A stretch of DNA of 64,000 nt from the NCBI RefSeq assembly GCF_009914755.1, contig NC_060925.1; one strand, written 5' to 3'. The notes beneath the pieces are model-generated. The model saw nothing but the letters and a program-made list of their open reading frames with translations. It had not been told where the DNA came from and searched no databases. Numbering within the stretch: the first letter of the stretch is position 1; each line of letters starts with the position of its first letter. This document shows, piece after piece, positions 1 through 11,354 of the stretch. The position numbers and the translations under genes were made by a program. This DNA comes from the human T2T-CHM13v2.0 reference genome, Homo sapiens.

Positions 1-284
1 TCATTATTTGGTGATAGAGGTGTTACTATCCTTGACTGCTGAAGTAACAAGGTCAGAGAGGTTAGATAATACTCTTAAGTTACCTGGCTTATAAATGAGA
101 GTTTAACACAAGTCTTTAAGATGTCCATACTCTTTCTTGTACCTTGAAAAGAAAAGTAGGCAGAAAATTTAGACTATATTTGAAATGTTGCACAGAGAGA
201 AGTTGAATGGTCACTAAAAGTTAAGTGATCAAGACTAAGCAAAGGATTGCAACTTATTTTTAATTTTTAAAATAGAAGAGAATG

Positions 285-404
285 GGCCGGTTGTGGTGGT
301 TAATGCCTATAATCCCAACTCTGGGAGGCCAAGGTGGGCTGGTGGCTTGAGCCCAGGAGTTCAAGACCATCCTGGGCAACATGGCAAAACCCCATCGCTT
401 AAAA
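285..404 (+). mobile_element. FLAM/Alu left monomer
   Basis: Left-arm sequence only; degenerate TSD atagaagagaatg / atagaggagaatg. Confidence 0.85.
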
Positions 405-1199
405 GATAGAGGAGAATGAGTTTTAATGCAGTAGGGAGGATGACAACATCTAAAGGTTAATTGTGCTTCTTAGTCCTGGAAGAGCCAGGTCAGGACACAA
501 TGGATGGGGGCTCGGTGCAGGGAGTAGAGAAACAGATATGTCAGGGAAAAATGAGAGTAAAAGAGGCAGTTTATACAAATTGTATATATCTGTAAAAGGT
601 CTGCATTGCCTGGAGTTTCCTAAATTGTGGATTAAAGGAGTGGAATTTGTTTCAGAGAAAAATTCGAAATAGGAGATGGCAACACAATAAGTAGTTTCTC
701 TTTATAAAATAGAAATAATAGTGGCATTTACTTTATGGACTTACGAGACCAATTTGTAGTTTATATATAGCGTGATATAAGTATTTGATTTATGATGAGG
801 AAGGTTTAAGCTGCACTAATGAGGAATCAAATAAGAAATACATGCTAAAATGCTATATAATTGTATAAGATGATGCAAATAAGTCATACTTTTATTCTCC
901 TTCATGATCTAGTAGTATTTTTAACCTTGGAGTTGTAAGTACAGTGGGCATAGAAGGACCTATCTGACAGGTTGAGCAAATCATTAAAAGGTGAGGAATT
1001 CCAAGTGTTAAAAGGTATTACTAATTTCTAAGGTGTTGAAGGTGTTTGTTCTATGGGCTAAATAATAGCAAATGGAAGGGAATTATCCCCCATTTAATTG
1101 TTTAGTCCATATGTCCGAATCTTTTGTCTGATACTAAGCACAAAATTTATAGTCTTTTTACATTTATACACATGTATTGGCTTCCTTTTACACTATTAG

Positions 1200-1331
1200 G
1201 CGGTCAAGAAGCAGATCGAGACGGCGGTCACATTCTAAGTCTAGGAGTCGGCGACGATCCAAAAGCCCAAGGCGGAGAAGATCTCATTCCAGAGAAAGAG
1301 GTAGAAGGTCAAGGAGCACATCAAAAACAAG
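1200..1331 (+). CDS. SRSF11: SRSF11 internal coding exon (RS domain), 132 nt, phase 2-2
   Basis: ttAG acceptor 1198-1199, GTatag donor 1332; reads RSRSRSRRRSHSKSRSRRRSKSPRRRRSHSRERGRRSRSTSKT(R), matching SRSF11/p54. Confidence 0.96.
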
Positions 1332-3333
1332 GTATAGCATTGGGTGAGAAAGCAAATTTTAGGGTTCCCAGTACCCCTAGTACTGTGCTACTTAGTAACA
1401 AAAGAGGTGGTTGGGGTGCGGGGCAGAGAAATAGGGCTAGACAGGGGAAGAAACTGTCAATATTTGAGTTTGAGGAGGCTGACGTTTGCTTTCTGGTGCT
1501 TCCTTGTAAACTGAAACTTCAGCTTACAGCTGAGGGCCTAAGTAAAATTTCTTAGTAGTAGGAATTGTTAGCTGTCCTGCTACCTTCTTTCATAAGAAAT
1601 ACCGTAACGTTTTATTTCCATCTAAAAATATATTCAAAAACCAGTCTTTTCGTGTAGAACCAAACACTTTTAAATTAGTATGCCCCCAGTCATTTATAGT
1701 TGTGAGGCATACAATTTCACAGCACTTAATTTTTTTAGCAACTGCTTTTTATCTCTTGCTAAAATATTTATCTTAATTTTCTAGAAGCAACTCTATATTT
1801 GGCATTATTTTGTTCATTTATATATTTAGTTAAATCATGTCATTAAAGTAAGTACAGCTGGGGACACAACATAACTTACTCTTGGGAAGCATAAAACTCA
1901 ACTGATGAGAACAGAAGAGTGGGGGTAGCTTTACTATCATTGTTAAACCTGTAATAATGGGGCTTTTAGTCCTTATGTGCTGCAGAGTGAATCAAACAAG
2001 GTAGATTAATAGAACAGTTATACAAAGGAATTAAGCATTTCTTTAAGGACTTTCTGATTACTAGGAGAAGAGTGATGGATTTAATTACAGGGGAGGAACT
2101 GTTAAATGATGATTGCTACTTGCTGATATTGGAAGAGGTTTGAGAATGACTCGAGTATTAAATTCTGAAAGATTTGACTAGACTCAACGGGAGGCATGCT
2201 TTCAGGTGGAGAATGGTGTTTCTTGAAATAACAATATTTTGATGTAGTTGGACTAGAAAATGAGGTCAGAAAAATATAATGAGACCGATCGTGGAAGGCT
2301 TTGTTGTTCACACTATGCACTTGATCCAGGAGGCAACTGGAATGAGTTGAAAATGGTGAACAGGGAATTAATATTTTCAGGTTTGTACTTTAAAAGATTT
2401 CTGACAGAGTACAGAATCAGTTTATGGAAGGCATGACTGGGACCTACTAGGGGACTGTTCTAGTAATCTAGGAGTTAGATGATAAAGATTCAAATGAAGA
2501 GGGAACCAATGATAAAGATTGAATGAAGAGGGAACCGAGGATGACCAGAGAAGGGAAAAAAATGAAATTGAGAATGCAGAATGGAAAGATTAGCTTAGAA
2601 CAGTAAGAGAGGGATACTTTGATTCTTAAAATTAGAGAATAGTTAAAGAGGGGGGTTGTTATGAGACTTCTCATTCAACAAATATATATCGTTTATCTAC
2701 TCTTTGCTTAGAGTCTTGGGGAGAATGATGATCTTGGGGAAAAAATATTGTGAGGAGTAAAAATTTATAGGAATCTGTAAAAAAAAAAAATTGAGTTACG
2801 GCTGTAGTCAAAATCTGTTGATATTTTCTAATAAGCCCTGAATAGTTCATAATAGCCGCAGAAAAAGAAGCTTGCTTGATCCATGATAGAGGTTGACATG
2901 GGATGTGTGTCTTGGAAGAATATTCATGATATTGATGGATTTTGGTAGTGCTCTATGGGTTTTGGCCTGATAGGAGAGGTGGGTTGGGAAAGTGGTAATC
3001 AGCTGAGAGAAAAAGGAGTCTTGAGGAGCCTAGAGATAGTTAACTTATTGGTGTTTACCAAGTATATTTCAAGCCAACATCCTAGTTATTTTCTCACCCA
3101 TAGTCTACTTTAGTCTACTTGGGAGAAAACCTAGGATAATAGGATTTTAAAAGAAGTTATTGTACTTCAAATATGCCACATAAAGTATTATTTTTAAAAC
3201 AGTTTCTGTCAGAACAACATTTATGCTTTTAAGGATGGGATTAGATCTGATTATATTTTTGTGTTTGTAGTGCTATATAAATTGGCATCAGCTGAGTCTT
3301 CTAATGCATTCATAAATTGTGTTCATTTGTTAG

Positions 3334-3423
3334 AGACAAAAAGAAAGAAGACAAAGAAAAGAAACGTTCTAAAACACCACCAAAAAGTTACAGCACAGCC
3401 AGACGTTCTAGAAGTGCAAGCAG
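3334..3423 (+). CDS. SRSF11: SRSF11 coding exon, 90 nt, phase 2-2
   Basis: tAG 3332-3333, CAG|GTAAGG donor; reads (R)DKKKEDKEKKRSKTPPKSYSTARRSRSAS(R), in frame with its neighbours. Confidence 0.96.
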
Positions 3424-4064
3424 GTAAGGTGGCATTGTGAATTCTTGGCAATTATTTTTTTAACTTTGCTTCTAACAGTATCAGTACGCTGTCAGTATGA
3501 AGTCTTTTCCAGAACATAAGTATTTCAGTGTTGAAAAAAGTTACATTTTGCTGTTATTTAAAGTTTTTAAAAGGCAATTTGTGAAGAATAATGTAGTTTA
3601 TTTTTCTTTTTACTTAATATTTTATGGTCTAGAGTATATTTGAAGTAACATGGAATTCAAGAGAGGTGAGTTTTTCTCTTTATAGTTTAAGTTTTAATGG
3701 CTAAACCATACTGAATTGTTCCATTAAGTAAGCTTATTATAGTAAGCTATATTTATCATCTGCATGTTAGTACTTGAGAATTTTTCTATCCCTTTTAATG
3801 ACTGTTGAATTAATGGGAAGCAATGCAGGTTCTGGTTTGTGTCATTCTTAGACTAATTCTATCTTTAAGCTGTCAGTGAAAATTGAAATGTTGCAGACCT
3901 TACTGCACAAAAAGCACATTTTCATACTTAATTTGGGATTTATATGATAGTAAGGGCTGGACTTCATTCCATTTTTCAGATCTCATTCACATGTTTTGCT
4001 GCAGTGCTTGTTTTATTCATCAACATTACTTAAATTCACTAGGAGAAGGTTCATGCCATATAAA

Positions 4065-5040
4065 AAAAAATAACTGAAATGTATAAAAGACCTAAATGTA
4101 AGAGCCAAAACTATAAAACCTTTAGAAAGAAACAAAAGTGAATCTTTAAGACCATGAGCTTGGTGGTTTCCTAGATATGACTTCAAAAGCATAAGCAACA
4201 GAAGAAAAGAAAATTTTGGAATTCACCAAAAGTTAAAACATTTGTATTTCAAAGGATACTATCAAGAAAGTAAAAACCTAGAGTGCTAGTTAGAAAATTC
4301 TTTATATATTCTCTATTAAGAACTCTTAGAACTCAGCAATAGACAGGCAACCCAATTTAAAAATGGCAAAGAATCTGTAGCCATTACTCCAAAGGAGATA
4401 TGCAAATATCTAGTAAGTACATAAAATCTGTTCAACATCATTAGTCACCAAGGAAATACAAACCAGACCACAGTGAGATATGTCACAGTCACTAGGATGG
4501 TTATAAATCAAAAAGACAGATGATAGCTGAGCCTGACAGATGATAGTAAGTGTTGATTAGGATGTGGAGAAATTAGAACCCTGTGCATTGCTAGTATGAA
4601 TATAAACTGGTACAGGTGTTTTAGAAAACAGTCTGGCATTTCCTAAAAATGTTAAACATAGAGGTTTTTGACCCACCAGTTGTACCCCTGGGGGAAAATG
4701 AAAACATTTTCACAGAAAAACTTTTATGTGAATGTTTGTGGCATTATTTCATAATAGCCAAAAAGTTAACTATCCATTAACAAATGGATAAACAGAATGG
4801 TATATCTATACAATTGAATATTTTTCAGTGATAAATAAGGTTGATACATGCTACAGTATGGATGAAACTTGCAAACATCCATGAAAGGCCGTGTATTGCG
4901 TGATTCCTTTTATATGAAATGCCCAGAATAGGCAAATCTATAAAGATACCAAGTAGATTACTGATTGCTGGGGAGATAGGGAGGATTAGAGTGATAACTA
5001 AAGGGTAGGGAGTTTTTGGGGTGGTGAAAATTTTCTTAAA
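4065..5040 (+). mobile_element. Old L1 (L1M-type) ORF2 end and 3'UTR fragment
   Basis: Typical motifs: aaagacctaaatgtaagagc, ggatgtggagaaattagaaccct, caaatggataaacagaatggtatat, atgcccagaataggcaaatcta. Confidence 0.85.
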
Positions 5041-6082
5041 AACTAAATTTTTAAGCATGAAAATGAAACCAAATGTAAGTACAGAAGGAAATGCTGAATC
5101 AGGCCTGAGGGATAGGTGGCAAAGAGATAGAAAAGATGGAAGGTACTACATATATTTTCTTACCTTAAAAACTGTTGAGGATTTTTTTTTTTACCTGTTG
5201 CTTTATATAATGTACTTGTAAGTGCCTTCTCATGCTGTATTATTGGATCACTCTAAATTAAGGCATCTTCTGTGAGTTATTAAATACCCACTGTGTTTGT
5301 AGTTGTGCTACAGTCTGTTGAAGGACACGGAAATGTAATATAAAATACTTCTTCCGTCTAGAGAATTTGGAGTTTCAGTTACATAAGACAGTAGCAAAAA
5401 GTATAAGGTGCACAGTCGTGACAATGTTTGATAAGTGAATGCTCAGTTATGTGTAACGTTTCCAGGACAAGGGTCACAGAGGGCTGTGTAAGTAGAAAAA
5501 AAGCTTCATTTGGAAATTAGACAACTAAGTACAGGGTTTTTTAAGTCTGATAACTTTTGAGAATCAGGAACAGAATTTTTTTTTTTAAGTTACAGTAAAA
5601 AGGAGGGGAAGGCTGTATATCAGCTGTATATCTTCAAAGTAATTGGTGAAAGCAGGGTTTTGGGGGACTGCAGGAGGGCGATTTTGCTAGAGTATAAGGT
5701 TTCTACCTTTCCACTAACTAGTTCTCTGAATTTCATCTAATGATTTAAAGGTGAATGTGGGGATATTTTATTAGTAACTACCTTCTATATCACATTATTG
5801 AATTATTCTGTACTTACTCTGAACACTGAATGTTTGAACCAAAAACTAACTTCTTCAGTAATAGTTTACTTCACACGTCACCCCTCTCGCATTAGTTTTG
5901 TTAAATCAGTTTTTTCTCAAGCTTAGTATTTCTAACATTTTGTCATCAATTAAAAGAATTACTAGAAATTAGGAGTTTTCTTGAGGGTAGTAAAGGGAAA
6001 GATTCATGGTTTGCAGATGATTATATTACTCATTTAATTGTTTAGCTTATACCAGTATTGTGAAACAATCTTTCATTTTTCT

Positions 6083-6418
<336 letters not shown>

Positions 6419-6467
6419 TAAGATCACACTGTATTTTAAAACCTAGTTTGCACATTTGTGATTCTAG

Positions 6468-6563
6468 AGAGAGACGACGACGAAGAAGCAGGAGTGGCAC
6501 AAGATCTCCTAAAAAGCCTCGGTCTCCTAAAAGAAAATTGTCCCGCTCACCATCCCCTAGGAG
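6468..6563 (+). CDS. SRSF11: SRSF11 coding exon, 96 nt, phase 2-2
   Basis: ctAG 6466-6467, GAG|GTAAGA donor; reads (R)[31 protein letters not shown](R). Confidence 0.96.
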
Positions 6564-6880
6564 GTAAGAATGTTAATCATTTAAATGTATTTTTTATATT
6601 TTTCAGAGGTTTTTCATTTTAAAACTGTCCTGTAGTTTTTCTTTTCAGCAGTTACAGTTCTTAAGAATGTTTTAATGTATTCTCCTTCTGACTTGTGACT
6701 TAAACACCATTAAGGACTGAACATTTTAGTCCTATAAACAAGTTAGTTTTGTAGCCTGTGTTACTTCTCCAAGGTTTTGAAGTTGGATCTTTGCTGTACT
6801 ACTTATATCCTGTGAAATTGAGTCAGGCTCATCATCTAAACAAGTTAAACCTGTTGCTGTACATTTTACTGTCATTCTAG

Positions 6881-7019
6881 ACATAAAAAGGAGAAGAAGA
6901 AAGATAAAGACAAAGAAAGAAGTAGGGATGAAAGAGAACGATCAACAAGCAAGAAGAAGAAGAGTAAAGATAAGGAAAAGGACCGGGAAAGAAAATCAGA
7001 GAGTGATAAAGATGTAAAA
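6881..7019 (+). CDS. SRSF11: SRSF11 penultimate exon, 139 nt (K/D/E/R-rich region)
   Basis: ctAG 6879-6880, AAA|GTATGT donor 7020; reads (R)HKKEKKKDKDKERSRDERERSTSKKKKSKDKEKDRERKSESDKDVK. Confidence 0.96.
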
Positions 7020-7123
7020 GTATGTTTACAAATTGATTTATTTTTATATTTGGGGTGATGTTGGTACTTTCAGAAGTTATTTTTCTTTGGAGAAGTTTAC
7101 TTTTATTATTCTCCTTGGCAAAG

Positions 7124-7321
7124 CAGGTTACACGGGATTATGATGAAGAGGAACAGGGGTATGACAGTGAGAAAGAGAAAAAAGAAGAGAAGAAACCAAT
7201 AGAAACAGGTTCCCCTAAAACAAAGGAATGTTCTGTGGAAAAGGGAACTGGTGATTCACTAAGAGAATCCAAAGTGAATGGGGATGATCATCATGAAGAA
7301 GACATGGATATGAGTGACTGA
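7124..7321 (+). CDS. SRSF11: SRSF11 terminal exon, coding part (acidic tail); NAGNAG acceptor allows a start at 7124 or 7127
   Basis: AAG|CAG| tandem acceptor; reads QVTRDYDEEEQGYDSEKEKKEEKKPIETGSPKTKECSVEKGTGDSLRESKVNGDDHHEEDMDMSD*, TGA 7319-7321. Confidence 0.96.
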   Translation, partial: QVTRDYDEEEQGYDSEKEKKEEKKPIETGSPKTKECSVEKGTGDSLRESKVNGDDHHEEDMDMSD

Positions 7322-8498
7322 ATATTGCCTCTGAGGGAGTCCAACTGTATACCTGCATCAGTGTCATTCCTTTGTGTGATTTCTTAATGCTGTATTTGTT
7401 CATCTCAAACCTAGATGTATACAGCTCTGAGTTATAAATGGTTATAAAGCTCCTGTTACTCATATTAGTTATTTACATCAAAAAGCTTTTAGAAAATGGT
7501 ACGAGGTAACCAATTCTTGTCATGGTGAAATCTGATTGAGTAACCAAGCAGTTTTACTATTCTGGTGCTGCTTCATAACAAAAATGAAAAGCTGCATGCA
7601 TCTACAGCAGGCATGGATTGTTTATGTCGTATGATATCCTTTATTAAGTAAGTTCACTTATAGTATTTCTATAATTTGATTCATTGCCGTAATAGAGCCA
7701 TGTAGGAAATGCACTGATTGCATGTTATTGTGGCAAGAATATCCTAAATGTCATTAAAATCCTCCAACATGATGGATCTACTTATGGTCTTGTTTGTTGA
7801 CATGACAAATTAACATTCTTATAGTTACATCTGGAAATGAGCATTTGAAATAGATAATCCTTTAAGCCTTGTGGCAAAATTTTTGTGGCTTTTGTTTAAC
7901 TTTGAAAGGTTATTATGCACTAACCTTTTTTGGTGGCTAATTAGGGTTTAAATACAGAAACAAGATTTCAAATAAAACTGTCTTTGGCAGTGAGTAAATA
8001 GCATATTTTGAAGTAGAGTTGTATACTTTTTCATAAGATGTTTGGGAATTTTTTTCCTGAAGTAATAATTTATTCCACATCTACATCAGTGAAAGCTATC
8101 TACCTATCCTGAGTCTATCTTAAAGGAAAAAAAGAAAAAAACCTTATCTCTTGCCCTTATTTTGAATTTTCCACTCTTTCATTAATTTGTTTTAAGCTCC
8201 GTGTTGGAAAAAAGGGGTAGTGCATTTTAAATTGACCTTCATACGCTTTTAAAATAAGACAAATCTACTTGATAATGTACCTTTATTTGATCTCAAGTTG
8301 TATAAAACCAATAAATTTGTGTTACTGCAGTAGTAATCTTATGCACACGGTGATTTCATGTTATATATGCAAAGTAGGCAACTGTTTTCTTAGTTACAGA
8401 AGTTTCAAGCTTCACTTTTGTGCAGTAGAAACAAAAGTAGGCTACAGTCTGTGCCATGTTGATGTACAGTTTCTGAAATTGTTTTACAAGACTTTGAT

Positions 8499-8504
8499 AA
8501 TAAA
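8499..8504 (+). terminator. SRSF11 poly(A) signal (proximal/major candidate)
   Basis: AATAAA with upstream TGTA and downstream GT/T-rich sequence (gtatttgtattt). Confidence 0.65.
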
Positions 8505-9544
8505 ACCCTTAAACTTATGTTCATGTTCCTGTAAAACCGTATTTGTATTTATTTACGCTACTGAATGTATGACATTTACCTCATTCATTTTACAAATTCT
8601 TTCCCTTTCTGTCCACATATTTCAGTATAGTAAAAAGAGGAAGTCTATCACTGTAGTGATAATTGCCATCAAAATTGTCAAAAATGATTTAATTTCTATC
8701 CAAAATAGTCCTTTTCTTAGCTTAGTATCATTTTATTGCTTATTTTTTGTGTGGGAATGGGGTTGGATAAAGCAATGAACTTTAGTATAAACAAATCCCA
8801 CCTATATCTAGCAAATTTATATTTTCGGTGAAATACAGATATTTGCCTTTCTGGAGTAGTATAGAAGCTGTCAATATGTATCTACTGTACAGTACTAAAT
8901 AGTATTCATTTATGAAATGAGTAGTGTTTGGGTGGCTGGGGTTAAGGGAAAATGAGACTTGGAATTGTAGCTTTTATCCAAGTTTTGAGTATAAATAGGG
9001 TTTTGTTTTGTTTTTTTTAACCTAAAAACTGAAATGCCATATAGAAAAACAGCATTGTTTTTACAGTTTGTAGTAAGTAACTTTTTAAAGATTTTATCAA
9101 AAAGAATTTTGTCTATAGTGAGTAAAAGAAGTTCTAATAATGGTCCTAATCACTGCATTTTTAAAAAACAAAGTTCAACACAAATGACATTTGTTTTAAA
9201 CTTTAGTAGATAAAAGGTGAACCATGTGACATGGGCATTTTTGTAAGTCAAAAACAAATTTCACATATGGTAAACCTAATATTCACAGTGTGTTCCCTCA
9301 CTTGTAATCTCTGAATACAAATATACTAGCTTTTCTAAAGGGAATCATTTTTTTAAAAGTAGTGCCACTGACAAGATGCTACAGTGAAGATTATCCATTC
9401 TTAGGATATTTATTTTCAGTGAACATTTTCTGCACAAAGGTAGTGTTGCACTGGGACACAAGCCTTTTAACAGATAACCAGTTGAAATCAAACACTGCCT
9501 CCACACCGAGTTCTGTTGTGTATTTGATAGTAAATTGATTTAAA

Positions 9545-9550
9545 AATAAA
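9545..9550 (+). terminator. SRSF11 distal poly(A) signal
   Basis: AATAAA at the end of the unique UTR-like block, followed by GT/T-rich tgttttgtccttatttattt. Confidence 0.7.
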
Positions 9551-9766
9551 AGTGGTTTTTGTTAGAAAAATGTTTTGTCCTTATTTATTTGCTTAAATCC
9601 TTTAGGAGTGAACGAGAGGTGGTAGCTATACAATGAGCTTTTTTAAATGGAAAGATAAGAGTCCAGTCATGCATTTGGTCTTTATTTCATAGAGCTGGAG
9701 ATAACTGTGTTCCTTACCTTCAGTTTCCTACGGGTAAAATGGAAGTGATTGCTACCTTGCAAAGTA

Positions 9767-9858
9767 CAGACATACCTCGGAGGTATTGTGGGTTTAGTTC
9801 CAGACTACAATAAAGCAGTTCATGAATTTTTTTGGCTTCCCAGTGCATATAAAAGTTG
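9767..9858 (-). mobile_element. Tigger1 terminal fragment
   Basis: ta-cagacatacctcggaggtattgtgggtttagttccagac...ttttttggcttcccagtgcatataaaagtt resembles a Tigger1 terminus. Confidence 0.7.
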
Positions 9859-9860
9859 TT

Positions 9861-10125
9861 GGCTGGGCACTATGGCTCATGCCTGTAATCCCAACACTTT
9901 GGGAGGCCAAGGCAGGAGTGCTTGAGCCCAGGACCAGCCTAGGCAACATAGCAAGACACTGTCTACAAAAAAATAAATAGCCAGGTGTGGTGGTGCACAC
10001 CTGTAGTTCTAGCTACTGTGGAGGTTGAGGCAGGAGGATCACTTTGAACCCAAGGAGTTGGGGCTGCAGTGAACTATGATCATGCCACTGCGCTCCAGGT
10101 TGGGTAATAGCAAGACCCCATCTGT
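9861..10125 (+). mobile_element. AluJ
   Basis: Diverged dimeric Alu. Confidence 0.88.
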
Positions 10126-11026
10126 ATCTGTAAAACAGTAATTTTTAAAATGTAGCCTTTGGTGCCTGGGACATTAAATGATAGCTGCTATTTGATTATG
10201 GGGCCCTTAAAAGTTATGTAACTAATAATTTGTGTAGGGGGTAATGTTAAAAGCACAAAATAAATTGCATACCTTTTATTGAAAAGGCTGTGTTGCCCTT
10301 AACTGTTTTCATGAAGATGGATCTTAGGTAAGTTTCCTCGTGGCAATTCTATACATGGAAGACAGAAAAATGCAAATAGGCACTTGGGAAAAGGAAGGAG
10401 AGGATAAAAATTACTGTTAACCTTGGAGCTACATCTTAAAACTGAGTCAGGTTCTGGAGTGTGCATTATACAGCTTATGTCATGCAGATTACAGTATTAA
10501 TACATCAAATTTATCTCTAGCAAAATTATCACTCAGTTGGGCACTAGATGAAGGGTTGGATCCATGCATGCTGTTTGTAGATTGATACACATCTTTTCAA
10601 ATGGAATTGAGATTTCTTTTCCCTCAGTCTGCCTCAAAACCAGCTAATGCATTTCATCCCTGTGCTTCTATTTTTTCTAATCAAGTACATGTGGTTGTGT
10701 TTTAATTAAATATGGGTGTAATGGAATTGTTACTCATACTTTTAAAAGCATTCAGAATGTCTATTAAGGTTTTATTAGCAGAAGTAGTAATTGTACCTTT
10801 ATAAATTTCTCAATGAGACAATTTTTGGAGTGGTAGATATTTTGAATTTCAACCTGTTTTACTCAGTTTTGTTTCTATTCCCATTTTCATTTTATGTCAA
10901 AGTATATGTGAAATTTATTTAGACATTCTTAGCAAAATATCTTAGGTGAGTACCATGACAATTCTTTTATCAGTGGTAATATTCTTTAGAATATACTTAA
11001 GGTTTATCATAGAAGATGGTTAGCAA

Positions 11027-11028
<2 letters not shown>

Positions 11029-11078
<50 letters not shown>
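11029..11078. repeat. (GT)25 microsatellite occupying the tail of an antisense Alu
   Basis: 50 bp of perfect GT. Confidence 0.97.
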
Positions 11079-11079
<1 letters not shown>

Positions 11080-11080
<1 letters not shown>

Positions 11081-11354
11081 CGGAGTTTCGTTCTGTCATG
11101 GTCGTCGCCAGGCTGGAGGGCAGTGATGCAATCTTGGCTCACTGAAACCTCCGCCTCCCGGGTTCAAGCAACTCTCCTGCCTCAGCCTCCCGAGTAGCTG
11201 GGACTACAGGCATGCACTACCATGCCCAGCTAATTTTTGTAATTTTACGCGAGACGGGGTTTCACCATGTTGACCAGGATGGTCTCTGTCTCCTGACCTC
11301 GTGATCCGCCTCCCAAAGTGCTGGGATTACAAGCATGAGCCACCGTGCCCGGCC
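11080..11354 (-). mobile_element. AluS with (CA)n tail
   Basis: TSD gatggttagcaatc 11015-11028 / gatgtttagcagtc 11355-11368. Confidence 0.92.

Larger units (their letters stand above)
7322..9570 (+). other. SRSF11: SRSF11 3'UTR (repeat-free, AU-rich, several tandem poly(A) signals)
   Basis: Follows the stop; no TE until about 9700; AATAAA at 7971, 8310, 8499 and 9545; the end is inferred from the last hexamer. Confidence 0.75.

Noticed and set aside
1124-1555. 143-aa ORF overlapping the RS exon in another frame
   Set aside because: TTG start inside an intron; alternative frames of Arg/Ser codon runs are often stop-poor; the spliced RS frame explains the sequence.
7055-7123. N-terminal part of the 88-aa ORF (MMLVLSEV...)
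   Set aside because: Intronic sequence in frame with the last exon by chance; true intron retention stops at 7056-7058 in a different frame.
8269-8778. 169-aa ORF in the SRSF11 3'UTR
   Set aside because: AT-rich, hydrophobic/Cys-biased UTR composition, spans poly(A) signals, no recognisable domain.
8883-8894. 12-bp palindrome TACTGTACAGTA
   Set aside because: Expected by chance in 64 kb.
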